Below are positions 55,859-64,000 of a stretch of 64,000 nucleotides of DNA, piece by piece. A program made the translations under genes and the position numbers. Under the pieces are notes generated by a model that did no database searches, was not told where the DNA came from, and saw only the letters and a program-made list of their open reading frames with translations. The stretch comes from Bacteroidota bacterium (GTDB lineage Bacteria > Bacteroidota > Bacteroidia > Palsa-965): positions 85,973 to 149,972 of the forward strand of contig VBWE01000002.1 of assembly GCA_006218065.1 (NCBI GenBank), written 5' to 3'. Each line of letters begins with the position of its first letter. Position 1 is the stretch's first letter.

Positions 55859-58856
55859 TCATTTCGTCACAATCACCCGCTGGCTGCTGCGCTGACCGTC
55901 TGCGGTAATAACGGTAACCATATAAACTCCGGCCTCAGCAATCGCCAACATCGGCTGCGCCATTGGTGTGAATCTGCAGAGTAAACGTTCCGTTGTTCGG
56001 GTTCGGGAATACGGTGAATTGCTGTGTAGCAACTGCGGATGCGGAAATTCCTGTGCAGGCATCCACCCAAATCGAATCGGTAGCGATGCCTGTGCAACCG
56101 GCCGAATCCATGTATGTGTACGTGATCAGGTGTGTACCGAGACCGGCTGTTGCCGGATCAAACAGGTTTCCGGTTACGCCGTTGCCGCTCCAGGTTCCTC
56201 CGGCCGGTGATTCACCGCTCAGCGTTAATGCAGCGTCTGCGAGGCAGACAGTGTCCTGTGTTACCGATAAAGTAACTGCCGGGGCATTCGGATCATTCAG
56301 CGTTGCGCTTGTTGTTGTGGTGCAGCCGTTCGCATCGGTGATTGTGCAGGAGTACACACCAGCGCCCAGGCCGGAAATATCTTCGGTGCTTGCAGTTGTA
56401 CTCCACAGGTAAGTGTATCCTGTCGTTCCGCCGGTGATCGTGATATCGACCGATCCGTTGGTTCCTGCGCAGGTTGTGGGGTTGACGGCCGCCGCAACAG
56501 ATGCAGCAAGCAGGAGCGGTTCGCTGATGACGACTGTTCCGCTGTCGATGCAACCGTTGGCGTCGGTGAGTATGCCCGAGTAAGTTCCTGCCGGTAAGCC
56601 GGTGAGATCTTCCGTTGTAAATGCTCCGCTGTTCCAGTTGAATGTAAACGGTCCTGTTCCACCGGCTACGGTAAGATCGATCGATCCGTCGGAACCGCCG
56701 TTGCACGAAACGTTCACCGATGTAGCCGAAGTGGAAATAGCTGCCGGTTCAGTAACGGTAATTGTCGTTGTGCCTGTGCAACCGTTTGCATCCGTTACCG
56801 TGTAAGAATAAGTTCCCGCAATTACGGTGAACATTCCTTCGCCGGTGTATGGAGAAGTTCCGCCTGCGCCAACAACCGTGATGTCGGCAGAATCACCGTT
56901 ACACAAAACAGTTGTTGCCGAAGATGTCGGAGCAACTACTGTGGGTTCGGTAATGGTGATCGTTGTTGTACCCGTGCATCCGTTTGCATCGGTTACGGTG
57001 TAATTGTAAGTTCCTGCGGTTACCGTGAAGGTTCCTTCGCCGGTGTATGGAGAAGTTCCACCTGCACCAACGACTGTGATGCCCGCAGAACCGCCGGTGC
57101 ATAAAACAGCTGTTGCCGAAGACGTCGGTGCAACTACTGTGGGTTCGGTAATGGTGATCGTTGTTGTAGCCGTGCACCCGTTTGCATCCGTAACCGTACA
57201 GGTGTACGTTCCCGCGATGAGACCGGAAGCCGCCGCGGCAGTTCCGCCGGAAGGAGCCCAGTTATAAGAGTATGCTGTTGTTCCGCCGGATGCAGAAACC
57301 GCGGCAGTTCCGTCATTTGTGCCGAAGCAGGATGTGTTGGTCTGCGATGCTGCGGAAACAACAAGGGCAGTGGGCTGGGTAATGCTGAAAGTTTGTGTTG
57401 CAATACAAGCGTTCGCATCGGTAACGGTACAGGTCCATGTACCGGAAGCAAGGCCGGTAACAGAAGCTGTTCCGTCGCCGGTCGGGTTTCCGGGCGTCCA
57501 GTTGTAAGAGTAGGCTGTTGTACCGCCGCTCACGGTAACTGAAGCCGCGCCATTCGATCCGCCGTTGCATGAAATATTTGTCTGCGATGCAGCGGAAGCA
57601 ACGAGTACGGCGGGTTGTGTGATGTTGAAAGTTTGCGTTGCAGTGCAGGAACTCGCATCCGTAACGGTGCAGGTCCATGTTCCGGCAGTTAGTCCCGTTA
57701 CACTGGTCGTCCCGTCGCCGGCCGGATTACCGGGAGTCCAATTATAAGTGTAAGGACCGGCGCCGCCGGAGGCCATATTGACAGAAGCGGCCCCGTTCGA
57801 TCCGCCATTGCACAAAATGTTGGTTTGTGATGCAACTGTAAATGATACTGCCGTCGGTTGTGTAAGGGTGAATGATTTTATTCCCACTGCGCCATTGGCA
57901 TCCGTAACGGTGCAGGTCCATGTTCCGGCTGCAAGACCTGTAACCGTTGCTGTGCCGTCGCCGGCCGGATTACCGGGTGTCCAATCGTAGGAATAAGGCG
58001 CGAGCCCGCAACCGACACTAACTGCAATAGAACCGTTTGAACCGCCGTTGCAGGAAATGTTTGTCAGCGCGCTCGTACATATCGACAACGGGTTAGGAGT
58101 CGAAAAGCCGCTGACCACGCCACCTGGCGCTACCCAGTTGGACGCTGCACCATTTAAAGTAAAACCGGTCAGTGTACCATTGTTCGAATTTCCGGAAGCA
58201 TCTGTCAACGTAGTGACGCCGGCGTTATTTCCCCCGGCTGTTCCCTGGTTAAAATGGTAATTTGCCACAAGTCCGGGCGCTGTTGTCGGAATTTCGCAAT
58301 TTTTATACGCGCTGATTTCGCATGGTGTGCGTGCAATATTCCAGATTCGAAGTTCGTCCATGCTTCCTGCATAATATTCCCCGCCGCAAAAGGAACAGGT
58401 TACTCCTATCCGGAAGTTTACAGTAGACGGGACATTGTGCCCGGACCCCGGATTATCCTGCCCGATTAAACAACCATCCACATACACCGCTCTTGTGGTT
58501 CCATCAAACGTAGTGGCGACATGATGCCAGTTTCCATCATATAAATTAACCGGGCTTGTACTCGGATTCAAATCATTTCCCCACCAATATGCGTAAAGGG
58601 TTCCCGGGCTTCCGAACCGAAACGCATTGATCTGGTTTGTGCCTCCATAGTTTCCCCAGCCGATAAATCCCCCGTTAAGTGCGGACGGCTTTATCAGTAA
58701 CTCAATTGTGTAGGGAGAGTTTCCGATAGGAATGTTCGTTAATGGTCCGAATGTAACGATGTTGCCGGCGTTGAAGTTCAGGGCTGCTCCGGTCTGAGCC
58801 TTTAAGGTTGCAATTCCCAAAAAAAGGGTTGCGAATAGTGTAAAACATTTTTTCAT
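55859..58856 (-). CDS. SprB-repeat cell-surface adhesin with N-terminal LamG-like domain and T9SS CTD; CTD interrupted by an apparent single-nucleotide frameshift (ORF 55935..58856 continued by ORF 55859..56062)
   Basis: Signal peptide. ConA-like/LamG region. About 7 SprB repeats (C-GG-NG...PY-Y-W...G...). The T9SS CTD begins FTVFPNPNNGTFTLQI in one frame and finishes GVYMVTVITADGQRSSQRVIVTK in the adjacent frame. Confidence 0.6.
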
Positions 58857-59015
58857 GTTGCGCAGGATTGGATTTATTTTTTAAACCAGTCCGAAAAGTA
58901 GAAGCCTGCCCATTACCAAAAAAATATCTGGTACGAGATGCAGAATGGTGTATATGAAATGCAGGAGCCTGCCGCAGGCTGCGCTTTCACAGGATCAAAA
59001 CCGGTTGTAGAACCG

Positions 59016-59030
59016 GTCACAATTTGTGAC
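59016..59030. promoter_or_regulatory. perfect 15-bp palindrome GTCACAATTTGTGAC about 160 bp upstream of the SprB-repeat gene
   Basis: Exact dyad (TCACA-N5-TGTGA), flanked by an AACCGGTT palindrome. Intergenic region. Confidence 0.3.
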
Positions 59031-59072
59031 CAGTTCATTGTAAAATGCAGGTGTGAAAAGGATTAAATCCGG

Positions 59073-61100
59073 CTAGCTGATTTGTTTGCGTGCAGACGCA
59101 TCAAGAAAGGTAAATGAGAATGCCGCCGCCCGGGTACCGGTTATTTCCACGGTTCCTTTCAGTTGCTTGCACAACTGGCGCACGAGGCGGATGCCGAGGG
59201 AATTGATCGTTTTCAGATCGAAATCGGCAGGCAAACCGGGACCGTTGTCCGAGAACAGCATCCTGTAATGACCGGGAGCGGTTTGTTCTACCGACAGTTG
59301 AACGACAATTGTGTCGCCATTGTTTGCCGCGTATTTCAGGGAATTGGTAAGCAGTTCATTGACGATGAGTCCCACGGAAATCGCCGTATCCAGGTCGAGC
59401 TGCAGCGTTGCGGGCTGCACGCTGATTTTTACTTCCGCAGGATGTTCTTTCAGCGTGTTCGTGAGATTATCCGTGAGTAAGGTGAGATATTCCTGCAACT
59501 GCACCGAGGCGATATCGTTCGTGTGATACAGTTGCTGGTGGACCAGCGAGATCGATTTCACGCGCAGGAGGCTTTCCTGCAGGGCTGCGGAAAGTTCCGG
59601 CCGCTGCACCGCGTTCATCTGCAGGTTGAGCATGCTCGAGATCAGCTGAAGATTGTTTTTCACCCGGTGATGAATTTCACTCAGGAAAACATCCTTGTCT
59701 GCCGACTGCTGCGCAATGACTTTGTTCTTCAGCAGCAATTCCGCGCCGGCTTTTTTCTTCTGGCGGTAAGCATAATAGGCGACCAGGATGATGATCAGCA
59801 ACGCAGTGATTATAGCCGCAGAAAACAGGAGCATGTCTTTCTTTGATTTTTTTTCTTCTTCAATCTGTGCGGCCTGCTCCTTTGTTTTATACTTTTTTTC
59901 CAGCTCCATCAAACCCAGCTGGTACATGCGCTCGGCGTTTTCCATCGCGTCCACCTGCGTATTGATGGCTACGCTGTCGCGGTAAATATTGGCCGTATCC
60001 ATGTAACGGAGCGCAAGCTGGTATTGCCCGCGGAGAGCTGTCGCCTGGCTGTAAACGCTGTAGAATTCCTGCAGGTGAAGATTGTTTTTCTGCGCACGCG
60101 CAATCGCATATAGTCTTCGGGCATAAGGTTCGGCTTTACCCGGATTCTCTTTCGAAACATACAGGTTGGCCAGTTTGATCAGGGCTTTCGGGGCATAGGT
60201 TTTCGCACCGACGGAATCGTATACATGAAGCGCTTCCAGCAAATATTTTTCCGCCGTATCCGCCTTGCCGGAATTCTGCGCATGCGCCCCGATCAGTGCA
60301 CAGGCTTCTGCGTAGGTTTTATCTTTCCCGTTCGTATTCATGATGGTATATAATGCGAGCCGGTCGTAACGCTCTGCCTCATCATACATTTCCAGCCGGA
60401 AATATACTTCACCAAGGTTTCCGTAGATGGCCGGAAGGGCTTTGCATTTGGGAACAAGCAGTGCAAATTTCAGCGCAGTGTCCAGGTGATTCCTGGCCAG
60501 TTGCAGGATATTGTCCCCGTGCGGTATCTGGGCGTGCGACCCGAGATAAATGCCGGCGAGATCGGTATGCACAATCGATTTCAGTTCGTTGTCTTCGCTT
60601 TTATGCGCAGCCCGGATGGCGTCCAGGCTCGATTTTATCGCGACAGGATACGCACCGAGAATCTGGTAAAACCGCGCTTTGGTAGTCAGCGCCTTGGCCT
60701 CGCGCGCCGGATCGCCGGCCTGCTGCCCGAGTTCGATCGCACGATCGTACATGATTATGCACGAATCGAATTTGTTGATGTTGCGCATCACGTTGCCCAG
60801 CGTAAGACATCCATGCGACATGCGGGAGTAATTTCCAGCGAGACTGTCGATACGTATCGCTTCGGATGCAAGTTTCTGCGCTTCACCGGGATTTTTGAAA
60901 CGCAGCAGGTGCGCAAGGTCGAGACTGAGACGCGCTTTCGCGGAATCGCTTTTGACTGCGGCGAGTCCGGCGCGCAGTTTTTGCTCTTTCGGATCTTCCT
61001 TCTGCGCAGCAAGCGGTGTGCCCACGGAAATACAACACATCACCAGGAGCAGGCGCATGATCATCACAAAACGTAATGTGAGTGCCGGTGTTTTCAACAT
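59073..61100 (-). CDS. TPR-repeat sensor histidine kinase (HisKA_2-type H-box plus HATPase_c)
   Basis: Signal peptide/TM. About 8 TPR units. TM LLFSAAIITALLIIILVAYYAY. H-box EIHHRVKNNLQLISSML. ATPase region. Confidence 0.75.
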   Translation of the reverse strand: MLKTPALTLRFVMIMRLLLVMCCISVGTPLAAQKEDPKEQKLRAGLAAVKSDSAKARLSLDLAHLLRFKNPGEAQKLASEAIRIDSLAGNYSRMSHGCLTLGNVMRNINKFDSCIIMYDRAIELGQQAGDPAREAKALTTKARFYQILGAYPVAIKSSLDAIRAAHKSEDNELKSIVHTDLAGIYLGSHAQIPHGDNILQLARNHLDTALKFALLVPKCKALPAIYGNLGEVYFRLEMYDEAERYDRLALYTIMNTNGKDKTYAEACALIGAHAQNSGKADTAEKYLLEALHVYDSVGAKTYAPKALIKLANLYVSKENPGKAEPYARRLYAIARAQKNNLHLQEFYSVYSQATALRGQYQLALRYMDTANIYRDSVAINTQVDAMENAERMYQLGLMELEKKYKTKEQAAQIEEEKKSKKDMLLFSAAIITALLIIILVAYYAYRQKKKAGAELLLKNKVIAQQSADKDVFLSEIHHRVKNNLQLISSMLNLQMNAVQRPELSAALQESLLRVKSISLVHQQLYHTNDIASVQLQEYLTLLTDNLTNTLKEHPAEVKISVQPATLQLDLDTAISVGLIVNELLTNSLKYAANNGDTIVVQLSVEQTAPGHYRMLFSDNGPGLPADFDLKTINSLGIRLVRQLCKQLKGTVEITGTRAAAFSFTFLDASARKQIS

Positions 61101-61215
61101 GTTCAGCCGGAAATAATGCCGGATGTGAATTTCAGGTAAAAAAAGCTATTCCCTGTTGCCGCTGGGACGAAATGCCGAATTCTGTATATGACCGTAGCCC
61201 GGCCCGGCGGTTCTC

Positions 61216-61947
61216 TCAGCGAATACGGTTTGTAAGCGAAAGCACATCTTCCCGGAAACTCCGGCTGAGCGGGATTTCGGTTCCGTTAATCGTCACACTT
61301 TCGGTTGCAACGGCATCAATATGTTTCGGAACGACCATGAAGGACTTGTGCGTTTGTACGAAATAATTTTCCGGGAAATTGGAAAGCAGTTCCTTGAAAC
61401 TCATACGCACCGTATGCTTGCCCGCAGCCGTATGAATGTGTATGTAGTTCAGATCCGACTCGATCCACAGTACATCGGCAACCGGGACTTTCACATACTG
61501 CCGGTTTGATTTCACCATGATGCAACCGTCCGGCTTTACCTGTGCGGCTGCGGGGGTGCGGGTCGCCTGGTAATTGACAATAGCTGTTTCAATGGCTGCG
61601 AAAAGATTGTCTTTGGCAAACGGCTTGAGCAGGTACCCGTTCGGCTGGGTTTTTCCTGAACGAACCACCGTTGCTTTATCTGCGTGAGAGGTTACGAAAA
61701 CAATCGGGATATCATAATGGGTCCGGATATGTTCCGCCAGGTCAACACCGTCGCGATCACCGCCCAGGTTAATGTCCAGCAGGGCCAGGTCGGGCCGCTC
61801 ATCCGCAAGAATACGTACGGCGTTCGCATAGTCTCCGGCGCTTTCCGCTGCCTGGTAACCCAACTGCCGGATCATATCTTCCATATCCATGGAAACGATC
61901 TGGTCGTCTTCAACAATAAGAATGCGTAAAGGATTTTGCGAAGGCAT
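61216..61947 (-). CDS. LytTR-family response regulator
   Basis: REC (ILIVEDDQIV...LLDINLGGDRDG) plus LytTR. Paired with the upstream TPR kinase. Confidence 0.8.
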   Translation of the reverse strand: MPSQNPLRILIVEDDQIVSMDMEDMIRQLGYQAAESAGDYANAVRILADERPDLALLDINLGGDRDGVDLAEHIRTHYDIPIVFVTSHADKATVVRSGKTQPNGYLLKPFAKDNLFAAIETAIVNYQATRTPAAAQVKPDGCIMVKSNRQYVKVPVADVLWIESDLNYIHIHTAAGKHTVRMSFKELLSNFPENYFVQTHKSFMVVPKHIDAVATESVTINGTEIPLSRSFREDVLSLTNRIR

Positions 61948-62093
61948 AGTATTGGCGGAATAAATATAGCGATTGTCCGCAAAAACAAGGACAGAACGGG
62001 CGCATATATTGTAGTACCGGCAAAGTAAAAACCCGCTTTCATTATTTATATAGGAATCAGTAATCCCGGGCGAATCCGCGATTCCGCCTCCCC

Positions 62094-63242
62094 TTATGCC
62101 CCGAAAGCCGTGCTCAGCTGGAACATAGGAAGGTACATGGCTACCAGGATCACCGCCACAAGCAAACCCAGGACGATGATCATCACCGGTTCCACCACGC
62201 TGCCGATGATGGATGTTTCATGATCGATTTCCTCGGTATATTGCTTCGAAAGTTTCCCGAAAATCAGGTCGAGCTGGTTTACTTCTTCCGCCACGCGCAG
62301 CAGCGAAACCATCCGGCGGTTGAAAACCGGGAACTGTGCAAGACTTTCATGCAGGCTTTTCCCGTGCAGGATATCGTCGCGGACTTTTTCCAGCGCCATT
62401 TCGATCGGGTAATAACCGACCATTTTTTCCACCAGTTCCAGCGCATTCACCAGCGGGGTTTTGGCTACGGTAAGCAGGTGCATGGCATGGCAGAAACGTT
62501 CGAGGTAAATTTTCTGAACCAGCTTCCCGAAATACGGCAGGCGCAAAACAAAGGCCGAAGAAAATTTCCGGTACCAGCTTTGTTTTCGCTGGGCGTAGCA
62601 GAAAATAAGCAAGCCGAAAACGGCGAGAAAAAAATACCCGGAATACGCAGAGAACGATTCCGAAAGGGAAATGATGCCTTTCGTCAGCGGCGGAAGTTCC
62701 TGCTTGAATCGCTTGAAGACGTCGGCGAACATGGGAACGACGAACTTCATCATGAAAAAAACGACGAGCACCGCCGCACCCAGCACAACCATCGGGTAGG
62801 AGAGTGCGCCGCTTACTTTCCGCCGCTGCTTGATTTTTTTGGTGAAGTAATCCGCGAGATCGTTCAGCACTTCGGCCATGCGGCCGGTTTCTTCGCCGAT
62901 GCGGATGCTGTAAAATTCGTAAGCGGAAAACCTGCCGGTAGCCTGCAGTGCATCCGAAAGGCTGCTCCCGTTGATCACCGCGGTGCGTATCCCGTTCAGC
63001 AGTTGACGTTCGGCGGCCTTCGGCTGTTCCTGTTCGATCAGTTCCAGCGCCGTTTTGATATCGATACCGGCTGCGAGTAAAAGATTCAGCTCAGCGTAGA
63101 AACGTTCTTTCTTTTTGTCGCCGAAACTTTTGCCGAAAAGCCGGATGTCTTTATTCAGCAGTTCGGAAATGGAACTGCCGGCCGGGGCGTCTTTTTCCTT
63201 CGCCTGTTTTTGTTTCACCTGCCTGATGTCGATGCCGGCCAT
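62094..63242 (-). CDS. type II secretion / type IV pilus platform protein (GspF/PilC family)
   Basis: Two T2SSF repeats with three TM segments. 382 aa. Confidence 0.75.
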   Translation of the reverse strand: MAGIDIRQVKQKQAKEKDAPAGSSISELLNKDIRLFGKSFGDKKKERFYAELNLLLAAGIDIKTALELIEQEQPKAAERQLLNGIRTAVINGSSLSDALQATGRFSAYEFYSIRIGEETGRMAEVLNDLADYFTKKIKQRRKVSGALSYPMVVLGAAVLVVFFMMKFVVPMFADVFKRFKQELPPLTKGIISLSESFSAYSGYFFLAVFGLLIFCYAQRKQSWYRKFSSAFVLRLPYFGKLVQKIYLERFCHAMHLLTVAKTPLVNALELVEKMVGYYPIEMALEKVRDDILHGKSLHESLAQFPVFNRRMVSLLRVAEEVNQLDLIFGKLSKQYTEEIDHETSIIGSVVEPVMIIVLGLLVAVILVAMYLPMFQLSTAFGA

Positions 63243-63244
63243 GG

Positions 63245-63736
63245 TTATTCCTCCTCCTGTTTTCGCGCAAACGTCATCCGCACATCCGCCGGGTACGTTT
63301 TCCGGAAACGAAACAATTCCGGTTCGCTGCCGATGCCGGCGGTAAATACAAGTTCTTCCACCGGCAGCAGTTCACTGTTTACCGGTTGGTTTTCATAAAG
63401 CAGTTTGACCTCCGCATGCTTCACGCGGAAAGTATCCGTAACCAGGCTGTCGCGGCGTAAAATATAATCGCCGGCAAAGGTGTAGGCCAGGTTTCTTCCG
63501 CCGGGAAACTGCAAGCGGATCGTTTCGCTGTTGCCGGTGACCAGGGCTGCGCGTTCCATATCTTTTCCAAGCAAACCGTGCAGCCAGGCCGCGTCGCGGA
63601 TCGCCGTATTCATCTGCTGGTAACTGCCGTAACGACCGGCCATCACCTGGTACGCGGTGAACGATGCCGCCACGACAATGCCGCTCAGCACCAGGCCGAC
63701 AAGTAATTCCAGCAGCGTGAATCCTTTGAGCTTCAT
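63245..63736 (-). CDS. prepilin-type N-terminal cleavage/methylation domain protein (pseudopilin/type IV pilin-like)
   Basis: N-terminus MKLKGFTLLELLVGLVLSGIVVAA is a class III signal (G|FTLLE). 3-nt spacing from gspF. Confidence 0.7.
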   Translation of the reverse strand: MKLKGFTLLELLVGLVLSGIVVAASFTAYQVMAGRYGSYQQMNTAIRDAAWLHGLLGKDMERAALVTGNSETIRLQFPGGRNLAYTFAGDYILRRDSLVTDTFRVKHAEVKLLYENQPVNSELLPVEELVFTAGIGSEPELFRFRKTYPADVRMTFARKQEEE

Positions 63737-63972
63737 GGTGCGATGAGTTCGTAATGCGTCGCTAATTTTTTTCCTTCAGCGTCAAATGCTTCGATCAGCA
63801 TCTGCTGCACGTCCGGCGCTTTTTCGTACGGTGAAATAATTTTCACGATACGCAGCGGTTCGGCATCGATTGTTTCGTTTAAAAAACGCTTTTCGGTTTT
63901 TGTCCTTATAGCCGTTTCTTCAACTACCAGTTGCGCACGCAGCCGCAGCCGGTTATTGTCGGTCTGCATCAC
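63733..63972 (-). CDS. hypothetical protein in the T2SS/T4P-like cluster (may extend beyond window end)
   Basis: ORF with GTG start at 63972. 4-nt overlap with the pilin gene. The window ends 28 nt upstream, so the true start is uncertain. Confidence 0.3.
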   Translation of the reverse strand: MMQTDNNRLRLRAQLVVEETAIRTKTEKRFLNETIDAEPLRIVKIISPYEKAPDVQQMLIEAFDAEGKKLATHYELIAP

Positions 63973-64000
63973 GTTCGCGTAAATCGTAATCCCCGCACCG

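Noticed and set aside
56293-57678. Several 60-140-aa ORFs inside the SprB-repeat gene region on both strands
   Set aside because: Products of the highly repetitive GC-rich SprB repeats. All are nested within the 973-aa adhesin ORF.
1-64000. CRISPR arrays, rRNA genes, IS elements with transposase
   Set aside because: No regularly spaced short direct repeats, no rRNA-like conserved blocks, and no transposase/integrase ORF were found. The palindromic repeat elements lack coding capacity.

Overview
This window looks like a Bacteroidota chromosomal segment at about 57% GC, most plausibly Chitinophagaceae- or Sphingobacteriia-like. The evidence is six or more secreted proteins with T9SS C-terminal sorting domains, an SprB-repeat adhesin, four sensor-kinase/LytTR regulator pairs, a TonB-dependent-type outer membrane barrel, and weak or absent Shine-Dalgarno sequences. 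Housekeeping and metabolic genes I recognise: pyruvate kinase, M42 aminopeptidase, YbjQ, endonuclease III, RtcB RNA ligase, and a complete cyanophycin set (cphA, cphB, isoaspartyl dipeptidase). Signalling genes: a CheR-CheB-hybrid histidine kinase phosphorelay, several LytTR two-component pairs, an AraC regulator and a WYL regulator. The window ends inside a T2SS/type IV pilus-like cluster. The most interesting locus is at 35.4-39.8 kb. It has rtcB, a cytoplasmic SPFH protein, a divergent WYL-domain regulator, and, in the intergenic region between them, a circularly permuted tRNA-Asn-like element on the minus strand (Y-RNA/YrlA-like tRNA mimic) next to a duplicated 23-bp operator-like unit. 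The left edge (1-3.3 kb) looks accessory. It holds four minus-strand small genes behind three copies of a conserved 33-bp motif, a tRNA-Asn 3'-half remnant with a terminator and arm-type direct repeats (probable att site), and a low-GC 1.1-kb islet. Two long palindromic repeat elements sharing an 18-mer sit in convergent intergenic regions. I found no CRISPR array, rRNA or canonical tRNA.
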